A stretch of 64,000 bases of DNA from Cyanophora paradoxa CCMP329 (GCA_004431415.1 QPMI01000085.1:131166-195165), one strand, 5' to 3'. Positions 29,056 to 40,246 are shown, counted from the first letter of the stretch. Notes: a model not told the origin generated them from the letters alone. Numbers and translations are program-made.

Positions 29056-29300
29056 GGTGGCTCGTGCACGAGCCAGCCCTTCCTCCGCCCCACCCCTTAG
29101 GTGGCAGCAGCCTTGTGCACGAGCCAGGGGGGGGGGGGGCAACTGAGTGGCCTGTGCACAGGCCACTTTGATCGGGAGTACCCCCCGGGTGGCTCGTGCA
29201 CGAGCCAGGGGGGGGGCCACTGAGCGGCCTGTGCACAGGCCGCTCCTTTTTTGTCGTTCAATGGAATGTACCCCCCGGGTGGCGCATGCACGCGCCACCC
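29056..29300. repeat. Cluster of GTGCAC-centred palindromes arranged as an imperfect tandem duplication
   Basis: tggctcgtgcacgagcca occurs twice plus a variant. Also agtggcctgtgcacaggccact / agcggcctgtgcacaggccgct, and gtaccccccgggtggc twice. Confidence 0.85.
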
Positions 29301-29561
29301 TGCGTCACCCCTACCCCCCCACCCCCCCCGAAGTTTTTGCAGCCCCGTCTGGGCGACATGGGCTCAACTCCGCAGAGGAGTATATATTTGTAGCAGCAGC
29401 AAACCTACTTGCCACATCGTTCTGCGGCCAGACACCTTGAACTCGGAGAAGCCTGAACTTCGGAACTGAATCCGAGGCCTGGTACCGGTGTCCGACAAGT
29501 TCCCTTGTCCGAACTTCGGAAGTTGTACCCCACCCAAAGATTTCGGCGTCGTCAGTTCGCG

Positions 29562-32143
29562 ATGGTGCTGTTCGTCAGCGGGCTTGTCTCGAGCGCTAGG
29601 CCCGTGCAGGGAACCTCGTTCCTCAGCAGCGCGAAGCTCTGCGTACGGCGAGAGAAGGTCGGCACTCGTCGCAGCTTCTATGTCGCCGCCAGCAACAACC
29701 AGGAGCCACGGCCCGTCTCCTCCGCGAAAGCTTTCGGTGCCTCGGCAGTCGCGGCGCTCTCGGCGCTTATCGGCGCTGCTCCGGCGGCTTACGCCGATGC
29801 GATCGCTGATATGCTCGAGTGCGACGCCTCCCCACACCTCATGCCGTCCTAGAATCTTAGCTTAGTGTAAAGTCGCTCGTACGCGCGATCAAGGCTGTCA
29901 GCGATCGAGATTTATGCCGGACGGTGATTGACGCGGTCTGCAGGGACGCGCCGACGATGCCTGACATGGGAGTGGAGACGATGAACTTTATGATGAACTC
30001 CACTCCCCTCGAAATCGGTCTCGGAAGCGCGGCGGTCGTGGCGACACTCGCCCTCTTCTCCCTCCTATCGCGCGTCGGCGCCCGGGAGGAGCAGCTCGCG
30101 GCGGCGCTTTCGCGCGAGGCCGAGCTTCAGGCGCGCCAGGCGGCGCTCGAGGAGGAGCTGGAGGTCAAGCAGGTCCAAATCGCGTCGCTGGAGCTCGACC
30201 AGAAGAGCCTGATCCGCCGGGGGGAGAGCGCCGTCGCGGCGGAGGCGGATAAGGTCGCCGCCCTCAAGAAGGAGGTCGAGAGCCTCAACCAGGCCCTCCG
30301 CTCTGAGAGGGGGTGACCCCTCTCCCGCCTCTTCCTTTCTTTTGGTTTCTTCTCGCCCTGACCCCCACGCCCGCAGCGAGCTGGAGCGGGCGAAGAGCGA
30401 CGTGCGCGTGCTCCGGGGGGCCATCCTCGCTCTCGGCGGGACGGCTAAGCGGGGCCGGGGCGGGGCGGGCAGACGGCGATGTACCGGCGGGAGGTGGAGG
30501 CAGCGCGGGTGGCGGTGAAGGAGGCGGAGGCGCGCGTGGCGGAGGAGCAGCGCGCGGTGGAAGAGATCCACACGCACCTCGACCACGTCCGCGCCGAGCT
30601 CTCCACCGTCAGCCCCGCCCGCCCCCGCGCCCCGCCAGCGCGCGGCGAGCGGCCGGCCGGCAGGTCTCGGCGGAGATGCTGCTGGAAAAGAAGAAGGCGC
30701 ACGAGGCCGACGCCGCCGCCGCCGCCGCCCAGGAGGCCCTCCGCCAGAAGGTCCCGGCGCCCCGCCCCGCCGCTCGGGGCCGGCGCTAACGGCCACCGAC
30801 GCAGGCGGCGGAGCTGGAGCACGAGCTGCTGGAGCGCGGCCGCGCCGCCGCCGCCCTCGAGGAGCTGGCCGTCCGCCCCGCCCGCCGCGCCCCGGGCCCC
30901 GCCGAGCCCCGGGCGGCGCAGACGGCGCAGAAGAACCTCGCCGAGCTCAAGGCCGCCTCCGAGGCCGCCCGCGTCCGTCCCCCCGCCCTGCGCCGGGGCC
31001 GGGCCGGAGCGTGACGGGGCGGGGCCGGGGGCGGCAGGCGGAGCTGAAGCAGCGGGACGCGGCGGTGAACACGCTGCAGGCGGAGCTCACCAAGGCCCGC
31101 GCGGACGTGCGCGTCGTCGAGAAGATTGTCGAGAAGCCCGTCGAGAAGGCGCGCCGCCCGCCCCGGCCCCTCCCGCGCGGGGCGGCGCTTGGCCGGGGGC
31201 GAGCGGGGCGCGGGTGGCGCAGGTGGTGGAGAGGCGGGTGGAGGTGCCGGTGGAGAAGATCGTCGAGAAGATCGTCACCAAGGAGGTCCCCGTCGAGAAG
31301 GCCCGCCCGCCCCCGAGCCCGCCCGCCCGCGCGCCGGCGCCCCGGCGACCCGGCGCGTGCGCAGATCGTGGAGAAGATCGTGGAGAAGATCGTGGAGAAG
31401 CGCGTCGAGGTGCCCGTCGAGAAGATCGTCGAGAAGGTGCGCGCCCCGCAGCGGCGCGGGCCGGCCGGCGCCCTCACCGTCGGCCCCGCAGATCGTCGAG
31501 AAGCGCGTCGAGGTCCCCGCCCCCGCCGCCAAGGCCGCCCCGGCCCCGCCCCGGCCCCCGCCAAGCCGGCCTCCCCAAGCCCGCCCCCGCCCCGCGGCGA
31601 AGGCAGCCCCGGCCCCCGCCCCCGCACCCGCTGCCAAGGCAGCACCGGCCCCGCGCCCGCCCCCAAGGCACCAGCCCCGCCCCCGCCGCCAAGGCGGCCG
31701 CCCCGGCCCCGGCGAAGCCGGCGCCGGCGCCCGTGAAGGCAGAGGCCAAGCCCGCGCCCGCGAAGGCTGAGGCCAAGGCTGCGCCCGCTCCGGCCAAGCC
31801 CGCCCCGAAGTGAGCCTCGAGGGAGGGGCCTCCCCGGGGCGCGCCTGACCCTCCCCGCAGGGCGGCCCCGGCCAAGGCGGAGGCGAAGGCGGCGCCGGCC
31901 AAGGCGGAGGCGCCGAAGGTGGGCGGGGCGGGTGGGGGCGCGGAGCGGGGGGCAGGGCGTGGCGTGACGGGGCGGCCGGCGCAGGCGTCGGTGGAGGAGG
32001 TGGTGGCCAAGGCGGCGGCGGCGGTGGCGAAGGAGGCGGTGCCGGCCGAGCTCCGCTCCCCCCGCATCTCCTACATCGAGGAGCCCGCAGGCGCCCCAAA
32101 GAAGAAGCCGGCCAAGGCCAAGGCCAAGCGCGGCTTCTCCTGA
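29562..32143 (+). CDS. Plastid-targeted membrane-anchored coiled-coil protein with VEKIVEK/VEVPV (articulin/epiplastin-like) repeats and Ala-Pro-Lys tail
   Basis: MVLFVSG transit peptide, then a hydrophobic stretch ending AYA-DA, a TM segment (LGSAAVVATLALFSLL), heptad coiled coil, repeats VEKIVEKRVEVPVEKIVEK and AKAAPAP repeats. Ends KAKRGFS-stop. Confidence 0.7.
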
Positions 32144-33544
32144 GCTGGCGGCCCCCTCCTTTTGATTTTCCTCGCTCGATTCGCAGTCTAGTGTAGTTCA
32201 GCTTTCGGGATTCCTTGTAGGGGTAGAAGGCAGCGCTGCGTTGGTTTGTCATCACTTCAAGCTTGTTGAGTATCTCTTGAATTTCCATTCGATTCGTGAC
32301 CCCCCGAGCCCTGGCATGCAATTGCAATTGATCGATGATCATTTAAATTATAAGATTTGAATGCCGCTGACAGTGCTGCGGTGGCCATGGCCAGCCTGGC
32401 AGTTAACGTCACGGCGTTTGCCTGCTGCCCTGCGCCGCAGGTTCAAGGTTAATTTACTAGTAAGTTAGGTTCCCCGCGGCACAGTTGTTAATTGCAGGTT
32501 CAAGGGTTCACCGAGCCTCATGATCAGACTCTGAGATCTAGACCCTGACTCGAGCTCACACAGTGTCATGAGGGCCTCCATCATGGCATGGCCAAGCCTG
32601 GGCCATGGCTCGGTCCGAGCCTCGGAGTTCAAATGCGCATGCCATGATGCGCATGCCATGATCATGATCCACACTCCGGATCCGGCAGACTCTGAGACTC
32701 CGTCATGCCATGATGATATCGATATCGCGATCGATCATTCCCAGAGTCCGACGGTCCCGGAGTCCTTCAAGGCTTGCCTGCCTGGCAGCTCAGCGGCTCG
32801 GCAAGTTTGGTAGTCGGATCGCCGCGGCGCGACCGGCAGATCGATATGTATCAATTCAGATCAAGACTAGTACTGTCGGACTTCGGGGTCTACGCGTACG
32901 GGGGCTAGCGCTCGAGCTCGAGCCGCCGGGCCGCACATGTACACTGCGATCCCGCTGGTGCATTACAGACTCTGAGATCTAGACTCACAGGGAGGTCGCC
33001 AGGGTGCAGCCTCGCAGGCGAATAAGCTACTAGAGGACTCCGGGACCGGAGCCGCTGAGCTAGCTTGAAAGAAGGGGGGCATGCGCAGGGCGGGATTTAA
33101 TCTGTTCTTTAAAATTCACCAGTTTTTTGTGACGAGCCATAATATATGCATATCATATAGTATGCTATCGCTTGTCCATAACCTTCATGTTCGACGGTCA
33201 TGATCAACTGGCAAGCACTAACTGTGCGAACCGTGAACTGCAGCTGCGCCATTGATACGTGCATATTTCAATTTTTAAAAACATTTTGCTCGAATATCAA
33301 TAAAAAAATCCAGCCAGGTATACATATATAAGTGGGCTCTTGCCAAGGGTCGAGCTCTCGAGCTTGCCCCTTCGCTGTCAATGCATTGTTAACCCTCGGA
33401 GGTTGATGAGTCACGCGTTGCGGAGGTTGCATTGTTATATTGCATTCGGGGAGGCAGGGGGACTAACACGTCCAATGTACCCCCCGGGGGCCTCCCGGCC
33501 TCTAACTAGGCTCGGACTCTAACTGAATGCTGTACCCCCTGCGG

Positions 33545-34282
33545 TTACTGCCCGAGCCTAGCGAACTTGCGTAACTCGGCCTCGCCCTGTACCCAGTGAC
33601 TGGTGTCGTCCATCCATTCGCGTACCTCCCTCTGACGCTTGAGTGACTCACGCTGCTCAGGTGAGGGGGAGGGGGGCCGTAGAGGAGGGGCCGCGGCGGG
33701 GTACCATGCCAAAGTTTGCCCACTCGGGGGTATACCGAATTCGCCTTGAACGATCCTCTGCGGTGTGAAGTATTGGCCGTCGCTCAGCGCCAGGTGGTAG
33801 AAGGCGTTTCGCAGTCGTCTGAGGAAGCGGGGCTGCGCTGTCTGCGGGTCAAGGCTCTCAAAGCGCCACGGTGCAACAAAATCGATGATTCGCTGCTGTA
33901 TCTGCGCGGGCAGAGCGAGGATCTGGCTCTTGCGGTTCGCAAAGGCCGTCCAAAGGGCTTGCAGGTCGGCCCAATCGCCGTTCAGATCCCTGCGTTCGCG
34001 CCTCAGATGAGATCTCGGCCTGATTGTCATACCCATCAAGCTCGCAGCCCTGATCATGTCCTCGTCCGGCCAATCTCGCTCGTCGTTAAACTCGTCTCTG
34101 ATCCAACGCACTAAATAGAGCACGCGCTCCATGAAGTTCTCCGCCGGCGAGCCGCCCCTCGAGGACGTGCGCCTCCCCTCCAGCACTGCGTTCGCATCCT
34201 CCAAGTCCACGTTCCGCTGCAGGATCTCCCCATCGTTGTAGGTGTTGTTGTACAGCACGTCGGACTCGCGGGTTCGCGCCAT
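33545..34282 (-). CDS. Viral hypothetical protein with internal F-box-like motif (paralogue of 35092-35670)
   Basis: Intronless, 245 aa. LQALWTAFANRKSQILALPAQIQQRIIDF aligns with LKQLWMAFVSRKSMIPHLPEEIQRLIFEK. Confidence 0.7.
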   Translation of the reverse strand: MARTRESDVLYNNTYNDGEILQRNVDLEDANAVLEGRRTSSRGGSPAENFMERVLYLVRWIRDEFNDERDWPDEDMIRAASLMGMTIRPRSHLRRERRDLNGDWADLQALWTAFANRKSQILALPAQIQQRIIDFVAPWRFESLDPQTAQPRFLRRLRNAFYHLALSDGQYFTPQRIVQGEFGIPPSGQTLAWYPAAAPPLRPPSPSPEQRESLKRQREVREWMDDTSHWVQGEAELRKFARLGQ

Positions 34283-34318
34283 GCTCGCGGCTCGCTGAGA
34301 ATTTCTACCTGTACCCCC

Positions 34319-35035
34319 TCACTGGCCGAAGTGCGACGGTCCCCACTCGAGGTCGGGGTGGGGCCATGGGGGCCTTGGGCGGGGTACGATGCTCCCGCTT
34401 GCCAGCTCCATGTACTCCCCCACGGGGTTGTCTTCGTTTGCGAGGTCCTTGTAGTTACCCTTTACGAGATCCGCCGCCGCTTCGCGCCAACGAACGGCCA
34501 CGTTGTACGTGTTGTCGATGATGTTCTGCACTGTACCCTCCATGGGTATTAGGGATGGCCTATAGTCGACCTGTCTCTCACGCAGGTTCAATTCCCTTTG
34601 GTAGTAATCCACTGCGTCTGGGAGGGCCCTGAGCTCCAACGGGTGCTGGCCCGGGTCCGACGAGCTAATGAGCCCGGAGCGCTGCAGTGCGTTTACAGCC
34701 GCCCGCAGCATGATTTTGCCCACCCCCCGCATCGAATCCCTCTGCTCGGGCGTCCCGTACCCCCCATGCGGCCCGTAATCGTTGTAGTAGCTCTCTATTT
34801 CGACGGTGGCTGGGCTAGTGCCGACGCGAGGCTTGACAAAGCCGTACAGCCATGCCATAGCGTCGTTGTCCGCGGAGCGGCCGCTCTCGGGAGAGGATGG
34901 GAACACTTCGATTTTGAAGTCCCTGGTCCGCCGGTTGACTCGCGTCATTAGGTTGAGGGGGTAGCGCGCGTTGCCGAATTTATCGGGAAAGAGGCGGTGT
35001 AGCTTGAACCACGCTTCCTGATCGCCGTACGACAT
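34319..35035 (-). CDS. Viral putative GNAT-family acetyltransferase
   Basis: Acetyl-CoA-binding motif A-like MRGVGKIMLRAAV and motif B-like LELRALPDAVDYY. Confidence 0.55.
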   Translation of the reverse strand: MSYGDQEAWFKLHRLFPDKFGNARYPLNLMTRVNRRTRDFKIEVFPSSPESGRSADNDAMAWLYGFVKPRVGTSPATVEIESYYNDYGPHGGYGTPEQRDSMRGVGKIMLRAAVNALQRSGLISSSDPGQHPLELRALPDAVDYYQRELNLRERQVDYRPSLIPMEGTVQNIIDNTYNVAVRWREAAADLVKGNYKDLANEDNPVGEYMELASGSIVPRPRPPWPHPDLEWGPSHFGQ

Positions 35036-35091
35036 TCGCTCGCGGCTCGCTGAGAATATCTACCTGTACCCCCACTCCCGGTCGGGGTACC

Positions 35092-35670
35092 TCATTCGAG
35101 CCTCCTACGCTTCGCCTCCTTCTCTTCCGCTTCGCGTATGTACTGCTCCTGCCAGCGGGGGGGTAGCATCTCCAGGGGCATTGTGTAGTTCTCCTCGAGT
35201 GATTCCTGCCAGGGTAGCAGGGGCCGCGGCATCTGACGATTGTAACTGTCGCGGATGTGGAAGTAATCGACTACCCAGTTACGGAACACCTCCAACGGTT
35301 GGTAGGGCTCGTTTGCCGTCGTCAGAGGCCGCTCGGCCGTCCACCACTTCTCGAAGATGAGCCGCTGAATCTCTTCTGGGAGGTGCGGTATCATGCTCTT
35401 CCGGCTCACGAATGCCATCCAGAGCTGTTTCAGTACGTTTATGATACCGTACTCCCCAAAGCCCCAGCGGTAGGGTCCGGCGGGCCGCATGTCCATGCTA
35501 TCCCCGAACGCGTTCATGGCCAAATAGAGATTCGGCTTCAGCTTGTTGTACGGAGGTACGTATCCATTGCGCTTGGCCCCCGTGTTCGCTCTTATCCAGG
35601 GGATCAAATCTCTAACGTTCTCCACCATTCCCTTCACCTCGTCCCTCGTTGTTAGCTCGGGGTATGACAT
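35092..35670 (-). CDS. Viral hypothetical protein with F-box-like motif and C-terminal basic NLS-like end
   Basis: ATG at 35670 (MSYPELTT). Contains HLPEEIQRLIFEK and ends EAKRRRLE. Confidence 0.7.
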   Translation of the reverse strand: MSYPELTTRDEVKGMVENVRDLIPWIRANTGAKRNGYVPPYNKLKPNLYLAMNAFGDSMDMRPAGPYRWGFGEYGIINVLKQLWMAFVSRKSMIPHLPEEIQRLIFEKWWTAERPLTTANEPYQPLEVFRNWVVDYFHIRDSYNRQMPRPLLPWQESLEENYTMPLEMLPPRWQEQYIREAEEKEAKRRRLE

Positions 35671-35713
35671 TTGCAATTGCACACATCGAGAAATTCTAAA
35701 CGCTACTGCAACG

Positions 35714-36349
35714 ATGGACCTACAACAGGGGAGCGCGGCGTGGCACGCTGCGCGCCGCGAAAAGCTAACCGCCTCGAACTTTGCCGCCGCGTGCGGCATC
35801 AACCCGTGGAAATCCAGGGCCCGCCTCTGGGCGGAGCTGAGCGGGATCGCGGGGGAAAACAACTTTGACAACCCTGCCCTAACCTACGGGCACGACTACG
35901 AGCCCCTCGCGGTCTCTATCTACAAGGCACTGAACGATAACGTTGACATTAAACATACCGGACTACACGAACACAAAGAAATGCCGTTCCTCGCCGGTAG
36001 CCCCGACGGACTGATAGGAAATGATAGGATTTTAGAGGTGAAATGCCCTTACAAGGGCGAACTTTACGATAGCGTTCCTACCTATTACATGACTCAACTT
36101 CAAGGCCTGCTGGACATCACGGGCCGCGACTGGGCCGAACTTTTTTGCTTCACGCCTCTGCGCGTGCAAACGTGGTACGTCAGACGGGACGAGAGGTACA
36201 TTCAGCTCATGAGGAAGTGCTTACAGCTATTCTGGTCACACGTCAAGGCGGGGACGCCGCCCGAGCCCTACAGCGATCGAATGAAGTCAGAGAACCTCAG
36301 CGAGGAGCAGGCGGCGCTGCGCGAGTTTAAGTCGTACGCCCTCCTCTAG
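35714..36349 (+). CDS. YqaJ-like viral recombinase / lambda-exonuclease family nuclease
   Basis: Motifs QGSAAWHAARREKLTAS, YGHDYEP, FLAGSPDG, LEVKCP and YYMTQLQG. Confidence 0.92.
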   Translation: MDLQQGSAAWHAARREKLTASNFAAACGINPWKSRARLWAELSGIAGENNFDNPALTYGHDYEPLAVSIYKALNDNVDIKHTGLHEHKEMPFLAGSPDGLIGNDRILEVKCPYKGELYDSVPTYYMTQLQGLLDITGRDWAELFCFTPLRVQTWYVRRDERYIQLMRKCLQLFWSHVKAGTPPEPYSDRMKSENLSEEQAALREFKSYALL

Positions 36350-36804
36350 TGTCCGGACCTTTCCAATACTCTATATGATTATTGGGAGGGTCGGGACACA
36401 TCTCTTAGGTGGACTACTTTCGTCCCAGGCCCTTGTAAGACAAATACCAATATTCCAATGACCCCGGACAGCGCTTCGTCGGACTAGGTAGTGTCCGGAC
36501 CTTTCCAATACTCTATATGATTATTGGGAGGGTCCGGACACATCTCTTAGGTGGACTACTTTCGTCCCAGGCCCTTGTAAGACAAATACCAATATTCCAA
36601 TGACCCCGGACAGCGCTTCGTCGGACTAGGTAGTGTCCGGACCTTTCCGATAATCTATATGATTCTAGGGAGGGTCCGGACACATCTGTTGGGCGTACGA
36701 CTTTCGTCCCCAATATTCCAATGACCCCGGACAGCGCTTCGTCGGACTAGGTAGTGTCCGGACCTTTCCAATAATCTATATGATTCTAGGGAGGGTCCGG
36801 ACAC
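36349..36804. repeat. Tandem array (periods 142, 142, 121 bp) containing four 51-bp hairpins with AT-rich core
   Basis: gtgtccggacctttcc-aataatctatatgattct-agggagggtccggacac, with variants, starting at 36349, 36491, 36633 and 36754. Confidence 0.95.
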
Positions 36805-36912
36805 TGATTTTGGAACGCCATCTGTGCATGCTCGACATTGCAAATCGATTGAGCTCAAGTGGGCGCACGACTCGTGTAAATTTGACAGACATCTCAAAGA
36901 TCGGATCTAGAT

Positions 36913-39262
36913 CTAGATACGCCTGTGAACCAACGAGTAGCAATCGCGAAAGACGGTGTACACCTCCGAAATACTCGGGGCTGCGCCTAGCGCCGCGAAT
37001 GCAGCACCCTGCTGCGCCTGCCGCTCGACTGCATCCTCAAATATGTCCTCCTTCCACGTGACGTATCTGCGCTTGCGATGTCCCAGCTGCCCGCCGTCCT
37101 CTTCGCTGAAAACGCGCCTCACTCCCATGTACTTTTCGAGCAGGTACTTGATCACTTGCCAGCACTGCTGCGAGAGCTTCTTTTGCTGTTCGGCCGTAGC
37201 ATCCAAGCGAGGGCAACGCTCATCCAAACTCTGCAGTGCCGCATAGGCCTCCCGACCGTCTGCGGAGGCGAGCGCCTCGTAGGCCTCCTTCGACCAGAGG
37301 ACGCGCCCCACCAGCTTGCCGTACCCCTTCCAACCAAACAATTTCTTGAAAAGCGACACGATCTTAGAAACCTTTAGGCGCTCCGTCGAAGGCACGATCT
37401 CTTCAAGGGCATGTCGTATTTCAGCACCAGGTGGATCGTCGCCTTCAGCGGAATCGAGTACATCGTGCTCCACATCCAAGAGACGTCATCCTCGGTCAGC
37501 TCGTCGGAACTCTTAACGAGAAATGCAGCGACAGCTGCCCGAGTGAGCGACAGCAACTTATCGGACTCGAGCTGCGCAAGAGATTTGCGGGATTTCCTCC
37601 ACTCTTGGACGAGGTCGTTGAGCGCGGCTGGGCCGAGGACACCGGCGTTCAGCACGCTCTCGATCTCTCGCTTCTGCCTCGCCCGCTCTTGTGCAGGTGC
37701 ATTCGGTCCCTGGTCCTCCGTGATTAGCACATTCATCCACGGGCAGGTAGAGAGGAGCCGAAGTCGAGCGGCGACAGCAAGGCGGCGGGTCGGCATGCCG
37801 GCTCGCCGAGTGCCGTGGTGAATTGCTTTCAGATCCAGAAAGCGCTGCGCATCTGCATCGTCGCTCCCGTCACTCTCGTGCCAGTGCCCGATTGCCTTCT
37901 GCACCTGCACTTGCGGCGTACGATTCTTGCGGACGGCGACGAGCAGGTGCTCCCCCCCTGGCGGATCGCCCTGCAGCTGCTCACGCAGAGCTCTCGCTCG
38001 AAACAGCAGCTGCACGATGTCTTCGGACTCCAGCTGTGCGGGCTCCACGTGGAAGATGCCGTAAATTTTGTCGAAGTGCGCTTCGGGAAAATCAACGCCT
38101 GCCCCGAGCGCAGATGTAGCGATCAGCACGTCGCAAGCTTTATACGCTCCCTCTTCCGATAGATCGACGGGTGAGATGCGAACGGGCCCCTCCTTGATGA
38201 AGCGACAGCTCTTCTCCTTCGCCTGACCGACGATCAAGCCAATCACGAAGGGTGAGGCAGACTCGTCAGCCCAATCGCGTGCCGATTCCTGCGCTTGCCT
38301 TGCTAGGCTCTCTGCAATCTCCATTGCCTTTGCGGGCGTCTCTGTGATGACCAAAGCGCGGTGACGACCAGGGCGGCACTGGATCATCAAATCGGATTCC
38401 ACGTGATCCGGGCTGTCCGTGACACGCATTTTCCACGAGCAGGTCCGCCTGGAGTTGTAGAGCAGTCGAAGGCTCGCCCCCCTCTCTCGCGCAGACTCTG
38501 CTAGGTACGCAAGGTCAACAGGTCGCACGAATCCATCCATAGCCACAATGCGAGATGCTTGCATCACACCCCTCCAGAGACCCACGCAGCGCTCGTTGCG
38601 AGGGAGTGATCGCACGCCGAAGTCAAGGCCAACAGGCTCGAGAGTCCCACTCGAAGTCAGATGCTTCGTGAGCGACGAAATTTCATCGAGGACCACCAAG
38701 ATAGGTGTCCGGTCCTTCCAGTCCTCAAGCACTTTGTGCAGAGAATCCAACGTGATGATAACGCACCTGCACTTCGGATGGCGGTAACCGTACTCGCCGT
38801 GTGACCCCTTCGAGTGTTTCGGTGGCTTCTGAATGTCCATGTACAACAAGGCGTTGTCCGGCAGGTTCGCGGCGTCCAGACGTCGCTTCAAATCACGGCT
38901 AAAAGCTCTACGACAGGTTACGAGAATCACGTGCCAGTCGCTTTCTAGGGCCGGCCGCAGGTATGTGTCGATGAGCGCCTGCGTTTTCCCAGTGTTGAGA
39001 CCCGAGCAGATGACATCCACTTGAGCGTGGGTCGGCTGGGCTGGCAGCTCGCCGAAAGTGGAAGTTAGAATGTCGCGAGTCAGGAAGCGCTCGTCCACGA
39101 GCTCGTAGCTCACAGAGGACGGAACCATGTCTGCGGACTCGAGTGCGAGCAGAAGCGTCGGTAGCGCAATGTCAAATGCCACGGGCTGGGTTGGGTCTGT
39201 GAAATACTGCCCGAAAGCGCGCGCAGCGGACGAGCTGCCCTCAGGCTCCACCTCGATCCCAT
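36913..39262 (-). CDS. Herpes UL9-like origin-binding SF2 helicase (frameshifts near 37480 and at the 5' end)
   Basis: Motifs SGLNTGKT (Walker A), VTCRRAF, ITLDSLHKV, VVLDEISS (Walker B), VAMDG and ATSALGAGVDF. ORF 36913-37479 appears to be its frameshifted C-terminus. Confidence 0.8.
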
Positions 39263-39310
39263 ACGCGCGTATAGTGATCCTAAACGCGAATGCTGTCCCT
39301 GGACTCGCAA

Positions 39311-40009
39311 TTAGGGGCAGTTAATGAGTATTAGTATGGAGCCATCGGGCCCGGGCTGGAGATCTTGCACTCGACGGTGGTCGTGCAAGTCGATGCTGAT
39401 GCGCAGAGCCTGACCAGCTCGCCATAGCTCATCTCGCACCAGCTTGTTCTCGTGCAAAAGATCAAGGAATCGTTTGAAAATGGCGCTCGAGCTCGAAACT
39501 GAGCTAGCTGCAGCTACAGCATCCGCCGCGGGATTCGAGTTCCAAGCCGAGGTGCAAGTGTCCGTCGCAAGATCATGAGCGCCGCCGTCCGGAATCGACC
39601 GAAGAGCCGCCGCGCCAGTGCCGCTATCGAATTGAAGCTCGAGCGCTCCAGATGAGCCGAGAACCCAGGCTGCAAAGGCACAGACCTCTTGGTTTTGAAC
39701 GACGTAAGCAACTCGCAGCTGCGGGCTATTCGACACAGGCCGAGAGAACGTGAGGCCTCCGTATTTATCCACGTACGCGCGAGCAGCCGCACAGCTCGTC
39801 TCGTCGCCGGCTCCCGAAAAGCAGCTGGGTGTAATTCCAGGCGGGTGGGCAATGCATACGACGGCGCCCAGCACCGGGCTCCAGCTCTTGGTAGCACAGA
39901 CGAGAGGGAAGCGAAGCAAGAAGGTGGCCTCTTCGTCGCTAAAGCTGATGGTCTGAACACCTGGAAGGCGCGAGAGGAGCTCGTCGCTGCACACGCTGGC
40001 CGGCGCCAT
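39311..40009 (-). CDS. Viral hypothetical protein upstream of helicase
   Basis: 232-aa intronless ORF preceded by the aaaattctga motif. No family recognised. Confidence 0.5.
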   Translation of the reverse strand: MAPASVCSDELLSRLPGVQTISFSDEEATFLLRFPLVCATKSWSPVLGAVVCIAHPPGITPSCFSGAGDETSCAAARAYVDKYGGLTFSRPVSNSPQLRVAYVVQNQEVCAFAAWVLGSSGALELQFDSGTGAAALRSIPDGGAHDLATDTCTSAWNSNPAADAVAAASSVSSSSAIFKRFLDLLHENKLVRDELWRAGQALRISIDLHDHRRVQDLQPGPDGSILILINCP

Positions 40010-40100
40010 TCCTACGATGTCCTGTGCTCAGAATTTTTTGGGGTTGCACTGCAAGGCTCGGGGGCTTCGAATGAGTTCGCTCGCCCACTTGCACCTGCAG

Positions 40101-40151
40101 CTGTCCGGACCCTCCCTAGAATCATATAGATTATCGGAAAGGTCCGGACAG
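40101..40151. repeat. Inverted single copy of the 51-bp hairpin unit
   Basis: ctgtccggaccctccctagaatcatatagattatcggaaaggtccggacag is the reverse complement of the 36633 unit, apart from the terminal base pair. Confidence 0.95.
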
Positions 40152-40246
40152 TACCGTCGTCCGTCCAATAAGAAGAAAAGCTGGGATGGCTGTTGCTGTC
40201 TGGCTGTAGTTTGGAAATTTGTAGGACGGCCGTATAGGCTAGCACT

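Noticed and set aside
36349-36804. Possible CRISPR array
   Set aside because: The spacers are near-identical rather than unique, there are no cas genes, and the context is eukaryotic/viral.
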